NCBI RefSeq assembly: GCF_004010195.1
Contig: NC_057711.1
Location: 78,683,754-78,703,753 of the forward strand
Length of the DNA: 20,000 nt
Direction: 5' to 3'
Source: Chiloscyllium plagiosum
Taxonomy: Eukaryota
Under the pieces are notes generated by a model that was not told where the DNA came from, ran no database searches, and was given only the letters and a program-made list of their open reading frames with translations. Shown in pieces: positions 1 to 11,484 of the stretch; the first letter of the stretch is position 1, and each line of letters starts with the position of its first letter. The position numbers and the translations under genes are program-made.

Positions 1-544
1 TATAGCAGCACACTTTGGAGCCATGCAATTTCCCCAGACTGTACTCCAGTAATCCTAATAAATTGTTGGAGGATAGATTGATGAACTACTATGATAGCTT
101 GCAAGTCCCTTCGCATACTGTAATCCATAAGTAAGGCCTAGCAGCAATCCACTCTTGCATGACAGCAGTAAGCTTGTACTGCAGCATTAAAGAATTAGGT
201 GACTGATCCTCCTGCAGCAGTGGCAGATGCAATTTCAGCCATCAGGCACTGAAGTTGTGGTTGGGTCACCACTTATATATTGGAAAGGATGGACTCTGAG
301 CTCCGTGCAAAGCCATGTGTGTTTGCAGGCTTGCTGGCAGGCTTCGTAAATCACCTACTATTTTCATGTGCAAACTCATCAGCAATCTATAATTTGACCC
401 ATCAAAGTTCTCATTTGATGTCCTCAGAATTGGAATACTGCAGGATATCGGTCTTCACGTTCCACCACCTCACCAAGGGCTTCCTAAACATAGTTTAAAA
501 AATGCTGAGATCACGGTTACACTGCAGGAAACTCAGTCATCAGA

Positions 545-978
545 TGAATTTAAAATTGAGTAGACTAATATACTCTGGGTGGGGACTTCAATATCCATCA
601 TCGTGAATGACTCAGCAGCACCACTACTGACTGAGCTGGTCAGGTCCTAAAGCTCATTGCTACGAGACTGAACTGCAGCAGTTGGTGAGGGAACCAACAC
701 AGAGGAAAAACATACTAGAACTCATCCTAATTAATCTGTATGCCACAGATGCATCTGTTCATGACAGTATCAGGAAGAGTTTCAAATGCACAGTCCTTGT
801 AGAGATGATGTTCTGCCTTCACATTGAGAATATTTTACATTCTGTATTGTGGCACGATCACCGTGCTAAATGGGATAGAATTCGAACAGATCTAACAGCT
901 CAAGACTGAGCATCTATAAGGCGCTGTGGTTCATCAGTAGCAGCAGAATCACACTCTAGCACAATCTACAACCTGTTG
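545..978 (+). mobile_element. Old LINE fragment, APE endonuclease C-terminal region (CR1/L2 group)
   Basis: ILWVGDFNIHH (~570-603) and LQQLVREPT...NILELIL motifs, followed by RAKWDRIRTDL. Confidence 0.75.
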
Positions 979-1084
979 ATTGTTGTTCTCAAAGCTGTGA
1001 CCTTCACAGCACACTACTCCACAAATACGACATCAGATCACCAACGTATAGACCTGGATTGAGGATTATATTTAACATCTGTCG

Positions 1085-1530
1085 CTGTGTATTCATTTGA
1101 GGTAGATTCTTGTTAAGCAAGGGGATGAAATATTACTGGAGTAGGCAGATCTGTGGAGTAATCAGATCAGCTTTGATCTTTAAGAATGGTGGAGCAGGCT
1201 TGAGGAGCCAAGTGGGTAAGAACAATGACTGGAAGAGGAGCCAAGTGATCTACTTGTGGTCCTAATTTGAATGTTCATATGGTATCAAACCTTCATTAGA
1301 TTATACTTGGAATACTGGATACAATTCTTTTTATCATAATTTGAAAAGGATATAGAGGCAATAGAGACACAGTAAAACAAATTACAAAACTAGAGGCCAT
1401 CGGTCAAGGAAAAATCAGAAGAGAAATCTAAAAAAATTTCTTTAATAGAGAATGGTGAGAATTTGGAACTCCTAGCTTGGGGAGTATTGTAGTTGAATAG
1501 ATGGTTTGTTTAAGGGGAAATCAGAGGATT
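1085..1530 (+). mobile_element. Two decayed CR1 3' fragments
   Basis: CR1-type 3' UTR (GATCAGC...GAATGGTGGAGCAGGCTTGAGG), followed by an LEY..QF-like segment and AGAGAATGGTGAGAATTTGGAACTC. Confidence 0.55.
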
Positions 1531-1766
1531 CACAGGGAGACCTTCATTTTCAGCAAATGTGGCAGTTGGGCTCTTTAACCACACTGAGTGATGTTTAACA
1601 CATTTGACCGCCAAATACAAACCATTCTCTCGTGGCAGAGGCTGCCAATATAAGAGGAAGCTAGTCAAAAGAATGGAGGTAAAGGGAATAGTGTGTAATG
1701 ATCAGAGGATTAGTTGAGGAAGGATGATGGTGGAGATGGACAGAATATGCTGTCAGTAGGTACTTA

Positions 1767-3813
1767 GAATCGTAGGATCATAGAGGTATACAACAAAGAA
1801 ACAGACTCTTTGGTCCAACTCGCGCATGCTGACCAGATATTCTAACCTAATCTGTCCCATTTGCCAGCACTTGGCCTATATCCCTCTAAACCCTTCCTAT
1901 TCATATACCCATCCAGATGCCTTTAAATGTTGCAATTGTACCTGCCTCCACTGCTTCCATTGGTAGCTCATTCCATACATGCACAACCCTGTGTGTGAAA
2001 ACGTTGCCCCTCAGGTCTCTTTTATATCTTTTCCCTCTCACCCTGAACCTATGCCCTCTAGTTCTGGACTCCCCCACCCCAGGGGAAATGCTTTATCTAT
2101 TTATCTTATCCATGCCCCTAATGATTTTATAAACCTCTATAAGGTCACCTAAGCTTTCGATGCTCCAGGAAAAACAGTCCCAGCCTATTCAGCCTCTCCC
2201 TATGGCAAAAATCCTTCAACCCAGCAACATCCTTGTCAATTTTTTAAGGATCCTTTCAGGTTTGACAACCTTTTCAGGTTAGATAGGAAGGAGACCAGAA
2301 TTGCACATAATATTCCAAAAGTGACTTAACCAACTTCCTGGACAGTTGTAAGATGACCTCTCAACACCTCTACTCAATACTCTGACCAATAAAGGGAAGC
2401 ATATAAAATGTCTTCTTCACTATCCTATCTACCTGCAGGAACTTTCAAGGAACTATGAACCTGCACTCCAAGGTCTCTTTGTTCAGCAACACTCTCTAGG
2501 ACCTTACCATTAAGTGTATAAGTCCAGCTAAGATTTGCTTTTTCAAAATGCAGCATCTTACATTTGTGTAAATTAAACTCCATCTGCCACTCCTCAGCCC
2601 ATTGGCCCATTTGATCAAGATCCCATTGTACTCTGAGGTAATCTTCTTTATTGTCCACCACACCTCCAATTTTGGTGTCATTTACAAACTTGCTAACTAT
2701 ACCTCCTATGTTCACATCCAAATCATTTATATAAATGACGAAAAGTAGGTGGACCCAGCACCAATCCTTGTGGCACTCCACTAGTAATAGGCTTCCAGTA
2801 TGAAAAGCAACCCTCCACAACCACCCTCTGTCTTCTACATTTGAGCCAGTTCTGTATCCAAATGGTTAGATCTCCCTGTATTCCATGAGATCTAACCTTG
2901 CTAACCAGTCTCCCATGGGGAACCTTGTCGAACACATTACTGAAGTCCATATAGGTCACATCCACCGCTCTGCCCTATTTAATCCTCTTTGTTACTTCTT
3001 CAAAAAACTCAATCAAGTTTGTGAGACATGATTTCCCACGCACGAAGCCATGTTGACTATCCCTCATCAGTCCTTGCCTTTCCAAACACATGTACATCCT
3101 GTCCCTCAGGATTCTCTCCAACTACTTGCCCACCACCGACGTCAGGCTCACTAGTCTATAGTTCCCTGACTTGTCCGTACAACCCTTCTGAAACAGTGGC
3201 ATCATGTTTGCCAACCTCCAGTCTTCCGGCACCTCACTTGTGATTATTGATGACACAGATATTGCAGCAAGGCGCCCAGACATCATTTCTCTAGCTTCCC
3301 ACAGAGTTCTAGGATACACATGATCAGGTCCTGGGGATGTATCCACTTTTAAGCGTTTCAAGACATCTAGCACTTCCTTCTCCGTAAAATAGACATTTTT
3401 CAAGATGTTACCATCTATTTCCCTACATTCTATATCATCCATGTCCTTCTCCACAGTAAACACAATGTTTAGTATCTCCCCCATCTCCTGCGGCTCCACA
3501 CATAGGCTGCCTTGCTGATCTTAGAGGGGTCCTATTCTCTCCCTAGTTACCCTTTTGTCCTTAATGTGTTTATTAAAAAAAACTTTGGATTCTCCTTAAC
3601 CCTATTTGCCAAAGCTATCTCATGACCCCTTTTTGCCCTCCTGATTTCTCTCTTAAGTATACGCCTACTGCCTTTATATTTTAAGGATTCACTTGATCTC
3701 TCCTGTCTATACCTGACATATGCTTCCTTCTTTTTCTTAACCAAAACTCAATTTCTCTAGTCATCCAGCATTCCTTATACCTACCAGCCTTTCCTTTCAC
3801 CCTAACAGGAATA
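1767..3813 (-). mobile_element. CR1 LINE, 5'-truncated, same subfamily as 11485-13840, more disrupted
   Basis: Minus-strand fragments TSPGPD, NYRLVSLTS, YMDFSNVFDKVPHGRL, SGVPQG and KFVNDTK. Colinear with the + copy from about 11786 to its 3' tail. Confidence 0.95.
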
Positions 3814-4957
3814 TTGGGCAGAATAACCTATTTTATATAATTCCATTGATGAAATTGAACAGCCTTCGTTAGCGTCTGGTATCAAGCTGTGGATGTACTT
3901 AAACATATGTATCGGTGATATTGGAAATGAATAGGATGTATGTAAAGGAAGAGTGGGCATTGTATAAATCTTGAGTTGGGCCACAAGTCCTGATTCTTCC
4001 GATCCTGACCTATTTTCCAAGTTCCATCCATGAAATGGAGAGATTTGCTTTTCATGTGGAGATCTCCACTTCCTATTACCTTTCTGTAAAGAAGCAGAAC
4101 TATATGCCACTATGACATCAGTGACACAAAATCTCTATACTTTCTTATTAAGTCTCTCCTTGCAAGCACAGTAATGCCAAAGTAGAAAGCTACATGATAT
4201 TTTGAACAGCTTTTTGCTGGAGGAGGTTGTGCTGGGCAAGACAGTTACTGAAACAGGCACGAAACACTGACTTATCTGTCTCTGTTGAGACTGGGAGATT
4301 CCCAGAGATGATACAAAGTCTAATTTCTGGATTTCCCTGTGAGTAAGGGATCAGAACAAGCTCTGGAAACCACTAGCAGTTCAGTGCAGCTCAGAATAAG
4401 TGTCAAGGAATCCCATAAACTATACTTGTTTAATGCAGCTGGGAAAAATTGGAGCTCAGAGAAACTAACTGTAGTAAAACTGTGGAAGAGCTGGAATTGT
4501 ACTGCAAGGTAGAGCTGGAAGGTAGTCTTGAGAATCTAGTGGAACACTGACTCATTGGAAGTGATTGAATTACTAGGACGTGAGAAGTCAGTGAAACAGT
4601 TCATGATTGAATGGCTTATGGAGGAATTCCGAAGCTTTACCTTCAAAAGTGAAGAACTGGAGTTGCATGTGAAAGAGGAAATATTTAAGGTGATATGATG
4701 ACTCTGTCAACTTGGTGCTGGAATAGGCTTAATGAGAAATGTGTGTGATCTGTCTTGACTGCATGTGCTATTTGACATGTTTTATGGACTGTTCAGCCAG
4801 TTTGTCTTTTAACTTATATTTATTCACGTTAATCCTGGATGTTAGAGTGTATACATTGTGGAGTGTAGATTGTTTTACATTTTTAACTTGTGTACTGAAG
4901 TTTTTTTTTGTTTAAACAAAATCTTCTGGTTTTATTCTCTGAGTAATTAGCTGTTTA

Positions 4958-5745
4958 AGACATTGGCTTGGCCTCATCTGGAGTACTGTTGAACAGTTCT
5001 GGGCTCCACACTTTAGGAAGAATGTGAATTCATTGGAGAGCTTTCAGAAGTAGTGTATGAGAGTTGTTCCAGAGAGGAGGAGTTTCTGTAATGAAGATAG
5101 ATTGAAGACTTGAAGATTGGGATTGTTTTCCTTGGAAAAGAGGAGGCTTAGAGGCAATCTGATCAATGTATTCAAAAAACATGAGAGACCTGGACAGAGT
5201 AAGTGTGAAGAAAATGTTCTCACTCATGCAAGGATTAAGAGTCGAAGAATGTGGTGCTGGAAAAGCAAAGTTGGTCAGGCAGCATCTGAGGGGCAGGAGA
5301 ATCGACATTTGGGCATAAGCCCTTCATCAGGAATCCTGATGAAAGGCCTATGCCCAAAACATCGATTCTGCTGCTCCTTGGATGCTGCCTCACCTGCTGT
5401 GCTTTTCCAGCACCGCATTCTTAAACTCTGATCTACAGCATCTGCAGTCCTCACTTTCTCCTTCCCTGAGAACAAGAGGGCACAGATTTTAAGTACTTAA
5501 TAAAAGAAGCAAAAAAGTGATGTGAGGAAAGACTTTATTTTAAAATAAATAGCTTTGTATGGTTTGCCAAAAGATATTGTCTTCAAGGTATTCAAAAGGA
5601 AATACATGGTTATTTGAAAAGGAAGAAGGTGAAGATTTATGGAGAGAAGGAAGGTGAATGGCACTGAGTGACCTGCTCATTTGGAGAGCCCAGCACAGAC
5701 ATGAGGGGCTGAACAGCATCTTTCTGCCCTGCGACAGTTCTGTAA
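4958..5745 (+). mobile_element. Old CR1 3' fragment, interrupted by the PLE palindrome
   Basis: PHLEYC..QFWAPHFRK and LGLFSLEKRRLRGNLINVFK motifs. Resumes at RTRGHRF after about 5468. Confidence 0.8.
5238..5465. mobile_element. PLE-derived palindromic insertion with two degenerate hammerhead motifs
   Basis: Imperfect inverted repeat 5238-5429 with arms of about 94 bp, centred on TTCATCAGG-AAT-CCTGATGAA. The left arm resembles the PLE end at 19642-19738. It interrupts an old CR1 3' fragment. Confidence 0.8.
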
Positions 5746-6486
5746 TGTCAATGTATGTTTACCTTAAACAAAGAAATGTTCACCAATAAAATCAGAGCAT
5801 GATTTAGTGATCTCATGTGGCTTTATATCTGCTGGAAAAGAGACTCTTTGATGTTTAGTTTTTTTAGAGAGTGATTGTTTAAAATATTTCCATGGTCATT
5901 TAGAGAGCAACCAGGGCAATGTAGTAATTATGTTCAATTTTAGCAATCTTGATTGAATTACTGTTACTTCCTTAATGAGAGAATGATTTTTCTTTCTACA
6001 AGGCAGTTTCAAATTATAAGTGCTGCAAACAGAGGTTAGCTTATTTACCACATGTGCTTTATGAATGACTTGTAATAAAGTCATGTGAACCGCCATTTTC
6101 TAAAATTAAATATTGCTTTGTTGGCAAAAGCGTCTTTTCCAGATTTAATGTGAGCAGAGTTTTACCATCTGAAGTAATCCACTTAAAAAGCAGAGCCAAC
6201 AGGATCTAGCCAAAGCTGGAATTTGTAAAAGGCAGCAGTTAATTTCATATTGAAGCATAATTGATAGTTTATCTTTGGGCTTATCTCAGCAAGTTACCTT
6301 TCAACTATCAGTTGCTTCAATACTGAATGTGAAATCTAAGGTCTTTCTTCTACTTAAAGGAATGGATAGTTAGATCATAAAAAAGTAGTTAGATCATGAA
6401 AGGAGAAATCAATACAAATTTCAAATGGAAAAGGCATGCTTGGCCAACATTATTGAATGCTTTGTTAAAGTAACCATGGATCAATG

Positions 6487-6830
6487 ACTTATGTTTATAT
6501 AATATTTTTAATGTAATAAAGCATTCCAAGCACTTCACAGGAATGTTACAAAACACAAAACGACATACAGCCACAAAAGGGGATATTAGATCAGAGATCA
6601 AAATACAACATTAATTATATAAATTTCAGGAACGGGCAGGTGGGACTAGTTTAGTTTCAGATTCTGTTCGGCATGGACCTGTTGGACCGAAGAATGTATT
6701 TCTGTGCTACATGACTCTATGAATGTCTTGAAGGAGGAAAAGTGAGATTGAGAAGTAGAGAGATGTAGGGAGAAAATTCCTGATCTTGGGGCCTTTACAG
6801 CTAAGCTTTGGTCATCAGCAGTGGAACAAT
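6487..6830 (-). mobile_element. Decayed L2-like 3' end with a nested CR1 tail (+) at about 6633-6722
   Basis: TTTATATA...CCAAGCACTTCACAG resembles an L2 3' terminus on the minus strand. The nested piece matches the CR1 3' UTR at 13745-13840. Confidence 0.5.
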
Positions 6831-6833
6831 CAT

Positions 6834-7172
6834 GCGGTGGCTCAGTGGTTAGCACTGCTGACTCACAGCGCTAGGGACATGGGTTTGATTCCAACCTTTG
6901 GCCACTGTCTGCATGAAGTTTGCATATTCTCCTCGTGTCTGTATGGGTTTTCTCTGGTGCTCCCGTTTCTTCCCACAGTCCAAAGATGTGCAGGTTAGGT
7001 GAATTGGCCATGCTAAATTGCCCATATTGCTTAGAGATGTGTAGGTTGGGGGTATTGGTCAGGGGAAATGTAGAGTAATAGATTAGGGGAATGGGTCTGG
7101 GTGGGATACACTTCAGAGGGTCGGTGTGGACTTATTGGGCCGAAGAGCCTGTTTCCACTCTGTAATTCTATA
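6834..7172 (+). mobile_element. tRNA-derived SINE (HE1/V-SINE-like) with CR1-type tail
   Basis: Box A TGGCTCAGTGG, box B GGTTTGATTCC, conserved central body (TTTGCATATTCTCC...CCCACAGTCCAAAGATGTGCAGGTTAGG), and 3' end similar to the CR1 3' UTR. Confidence 0.9.
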
Positions 7173-7268
7173 TAAAAATGGGTGTGAAGAGCACTTCCAT
7201 TAAATTGTTCATCAGTAAATCTACTGCATAATGTTCCAACCTGAGCTTACTCGACAAAGTTAAAACTG

Positions 7269-7545
7269 GGCGGCACGGTGGTACAGTGGTTAGCACTGCT
7301 GCCTCAGGCGACTGACTGTGTGCAGTTTGCACGTTCTCCCCGTGTCTGCGTGTGTTTCCTCCGGGTGCTCCGGTTTCCTCCCACCATCCAAAGATGTGCA
7401 GGGTCAGGTGAATTGGCCATACTAAATTGCCTGTAGTGTTAGGTAAGGGGTAAATGTAGGGGTATGGGTGGGTTTCGCTTCGGCGGGTCGGTGTGGACTT
7501 GTTGGGCCGAAGGGCCTGTTTCCACACTGTAATCTAATCTAAATC
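7269..7545 (+). mobile_element. SINE, same family, box B deleted, with target-site duplication
   Basis: TSD TAAAACTG at 7261-7268 and 7546-7553. (AATCT)n tail. CpGs are largely retained. Confidence 0.92.
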
Positions 7546-9049
7546 TAAAACTGCTTTAATATTTTGGCAGAAGTATGCGATACAACACCTGAGATTCTAC
7601 AGGCAGGCACTGATTACTGTAATTGATACATGGGCAATCAATCCAGTTGAAATTAAATAAATTACATTCCTCTGGCCAAGGTATTATGCAGCATAAAGGC
7701 AACTTCACAGTCACTGATATTGAGGAGGTGGCGAGTATCAGCCTCCTCCTAACAGTTGCAATGTACAGAAGTGCTTGTCTCTGGTTAATTTGGGTGACCA
7801 AAGAACTGGCTATTCTTCAGCCACTTCCACTGCACATGGGACATCCAGGTCTGCTGTTCTGGATGGCAACTTTAACTGCACTGTCATGAGGTTAGAGAGA
7901 CAGGAGTAACAAAAACTGGATGTCACGTCCAGACTCCTGATGGAAATGTTGAAAGATGTGAAGTTGTACAATATTTTCAGCAACCCTCCTTCAAAGGCAT
8001 CACATAGATACACCAAGTTTGTCTATTTCAGGATAAACTACCTGTTTGTCACCTGTGTTGACAGTCAGATGGTTGAGATCAAGTTGATGTTCTTCTCTGA
8101 TAACTGCATCCTACTGGACAACTGTCACTTATAGGGAAAAAAAAGGGTTAAATGATGGAAATGGAAGGTAAAATTGAGTTGGCTGATATTAGAAAAAAAA
8201 TGGAGGAATTCAAAAAGGACAAAACGTTGGAAAACTATGACACTTATTTGGAGTCTCTGACTATCTGTTTGGAAGCAACCAAGGTGAACATCAAGAGGTT
8301 TTCCATCTTTAAATGTGTTCTGTCCTAGAGTTGGTGGTCCACCTTGACCCATGTTCCATAAGAGAACCTTATGCTACTCAAGGATACGAATGCTTGTGTG
8401 GGAGGACCCCTGCCTCATCTAGTCCAGGAGAAGACCTCAAACAGAATATGGTACACGTACATGATGGATATTCTCTCCACAGTAGGATTTATTAAAAGAA
8501 TTAATTGGATACAGCTATTGAAAAAGAAACATTAGAATCACAGTTTCAATCAATGAATGGGAATTGAAAAGCTTCCTGATCCAATCTGGAGTAAGGCAGT
8601 GCTATCCTCTGTCCCTGTTCTAATCGTGTTTTGCATAGACCATTTTGACAAATCCATTAGGAAGAGGGATGACAATTCCAGGCAGTGGACACACTTAATC
8701 AGAGCTTCCTTGTTTTTGGAGAGTGTCTCTGGCTTCTGCTCAGATCCTCTGCTGTGTGATTAGCATCTGCAATAGCTATAAATGAACCCTGGGAACCAAG
8801 ATAAATTCAAGGAAGAGGGGAATAATGTTTTCTTTGAAATTGTGTTGACTAATCTTTTATCTTTTTCACAATCTGGTCAGACTACCTGAAAGATGTGGAT
8901 ATGATTCAGATGGGTTGGGGAGTGCATTAAAAATTTGAAATTCTGAGTTGCTATGGTAAATACTAGACATATGGAAATGACGGTCGTCTTTTTGCAAGAA
9001 CCTGGTGATCATGTGCAACAATTCTCATTGTTTCTGTACAGGGGTCAGA

Positions 9050-9555
9050 TAAGACCATAATAGGAACAGGAATAGGCTATTCAGCCCCTTGAGCCTGCCT
9101 GTGCCATCATGGCTGATCCGACATTCCTCACATTCCTGCCCAACCCCATAACCCTTGATACTGATCAAGAATATATCTATCTATCTTAATCTTAAATATG
9201 TTATCAATGATCACATACAGATGTGACCTCTGTGACCGGGACTGACACTCCAGCATTGGTTTCACAAGCGACATTGCTTCAGGGAAGCAGAAAGTCAGAA
9301 CAATGAAGATGTAACCCAGGGTCAGCCATGACCAAAAGGGGCCTCAACCTTAAATATACACAAGGACTCTGTCCCCACAGCTCGCTTTTGCAAGCAGTTC
9401 CAAAGACTCACAACTCTCGATAAGTTCTTGCTTATTTCAGTTTGAACTTGGTGCCCCTTTATTCTGAGACTATGCCCTCTGGTCCCCCTAAACTCTCCCA
9501 AGAGGGGAAATATCCACTCAGTATTTACCCTATCAAGCTCCTTAAAAATCTACAG
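9050..9555 (-). mobile_element. Old CR1 3' end interrupted by an RTE fragment
   Basis: ATAGGAACAGGAATAGGCTATTCAGCCCCTTGAGCCTGC is a reverse-strand CR1-type tail. TTGAACTTGGTGCCCCTTTATTCT lies further in. Confidence 0.65.
9201..9342 (+). mobile_element. RTE-clade LINE 3' fragment (C-terminal Cys/His motif and short UTR)
   Basis: Translates TYRCDLCDRD*HSSIGF then, after a frameshift, HKRHC, resembling the RTE C-terminal CxxCxRxCxSRIGLxSHxRxC motif. Flanked by an imperfect duplication CTTAATCTTAAATAT / CTCAACCTTAAATAT. Confidence 0.65.
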
Positions 9556-10734
9556 GCTGTTCCAAAATCGCACATCGATATCAACCAACTGTGGTACAAG
9601 GACAATCAACTTGGTGAAAGGTACTCTTTGGTCTGTTCAAAATGTGTTGGTTTTCCAAAACAAAGAGTTGCCCTTTACTAAATGTTGCAAACTGGGATAT
9701 TTCATGATCTATGACTATATATTGAGGAGCACACAAAGGCTTGAGCTAACTATCACAGAGACATAATGGGAAACGTTTCTATCCAAGACCTTTTAGACAT
9801 AGTATATCAAGTGCTGGAAATTATATAGAACACCTCTGACTGTGTGCCCTATACGTGTATGCTTTGAAACTCATGAGTATTGAAATAATATTGAGGTATC
9901 AAAAGATGGAACGTTGGTATAAGAAGAAAAGTTTATTTCTATTGCACTGTATGCCTGATATGAAATATCCACTATACTAATAAGAGTATTACAATTGTAA
10001 TGAGACATCATAGAACAGAAAATGTTGTCTGGAGACAAGTTGAATGTTATTGCAGATTCTGCAAATTTTAAGTTTAAATATTTTGTAACATACTTCTGTA
10101 AACCTTACGAATTAAGTACAATTTTTGGGGACGAATTTGGAGCTTTTTATTTTTTTCCACCTCAGTACCTGAATTTGCAACTGAAATTTTTCTACTCCTG
10201 TCTGTTTCTTGGTGAAAACCTTCAATGCCTATTTACACATGCTTAACATTTTAAAAACCTTTCCTTTGATCAATAATCCCGTAATAATTTGACTATTCAA
10301 CTATTATATTTGCATTTAGCACACTCTTTAACTTTGCCTGGATACAATTATTGTTTTATTTATTCATAGTGGAGCTAGCTTTAAAAGGGACAATGTTGTA
10401 AGATGTTTTCATTAGATGGATTAAATGTTATCCATGGAAATTCTGGGTCATTCAAAATAATATTTAGATTGCAAACAACATTGGAGATTAGTGCAACATT
10501 TGAGAATATTAACATTGGAAACACTTTAAAATAATATATGCTGTTACTAGTTTTCAAATGTCTTTCACTTCGAAGATATCAAATATTGCATCCAGTTTTT
10601 CACAGTTTTATCCTTTTTTCAACCTCACCTGGATGATAGTAGGAAATAGTGTGGAATCATGTACAGTTGCACAGGCACAGGCATCAGTTACTGCTGGCTT
10701 ATATTGTAGAAAATAATATTAAATCTCTTTTCAG

Positions 10735-11115
10735 AGGCCCGAGTAACTTGGGCCTGTACTCATTGGAGAATTGTAGTAAACCTTATTTAATGTAAAAGAT
10801 TCTTTTGGGACGATTCAGCAGAGAGATGCAGAGAGCTTGTTTCCCCTGTCAGAGTGTCGAGGACACAATCTCACCCTTTAAAACAGAGATGAGGAGGATT
10901 TCTTTCTTTCAGAAAGTGGTCAATCTATTGAATTCTTTAGTTGAGGTGGGTTGTTAACTATATGGAAGGGCGAAACAGACAGATTTTTTAATCAGTAAGG
11001 GAATTAAGGGGTAAAGGGATAAGACAGGAAAATGGATCAGATCATCCACGCTCTCATTGATTTGTGAAACAGACTCAATTGGCTGAATCACTTACTTCTG
11101 GTCCTATATCTTATA
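10735..11115 (+). mobile_element. Old CR1 3' fragment
   Basis: LGLYSLE-like start, GAGATGAGGAGGATTTCTTT...GTGGTCAATCT, and CR1-type 3' UTR. Confidence 0.65.
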
Positions 11116-11142
11116 ATAAAAAAACTAAGATTCTATAATAGT

Positions 11143-11180
11143 ACTTTTGAGGAAGAGTCACCAGATCTGAAATGTTAACT
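11143..11180 (+). ncRNA. Decayed hammerhead motif, same type as 14447-14484
   Basis: Reads ACTT-TTGAGGA-A-GAGTC-ACCA-GATCT-GAA-ATGT-T-AACT. It is followed by the same CAGATGCTGCCAGACC tail seen in the 14352-14486 element. Confidence 0.5.
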
Positions 11181-11258
11181 TTGATGTCTCTTCACAGATG
11201 CTGCCAGACCTAATATTTCTGGATTGTTTTCTGATTTACAGCATCCACAATTCTTATG
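11143..11258 (+). mobile_element. Short decayed PLE-derived terminal fragment
   Basis: Similar to the reverse complement of 14352-14486. Confidence 0.55.
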
Positions 11259-11484
11259 GATTTTATGAAGATAGATGAAGTTAGGTCACAGAAAGCCATA
11301 AACTCATGATCCATACATCAATGTAAGATTTAAGGATTATGATCAACAGGATTTAAGAACTAACTGGCGAAGTCTGCTTCTAGTTTCCACATAAAAGACT
11401 GAAAAAGTAATAGAATGTTGATTGTATTTGAATGTCAATACTGATGGGAGGTAATGGAACAGATCTTAGATTTATGTCATCATA

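Noticed and set aside
4150..4950. Possible solo LTR
   Set aside because: Composition is suggestive, but I found no TG...CA ends with a TSD, PBS or PPT.
6834..6900. tRNA genes at the SINE heads (also 15028, 15381, 16478)
   Set aside because: Box A/B are present, but there is no full cloverleaf and each continues into the same SINE body.
9560..10730. Exons or 3' UTR of an upstream neighbouring gene in AT-rich unique DNA
   Set aside because: No recognisable protein sequence or convincing splice-bounded frame.
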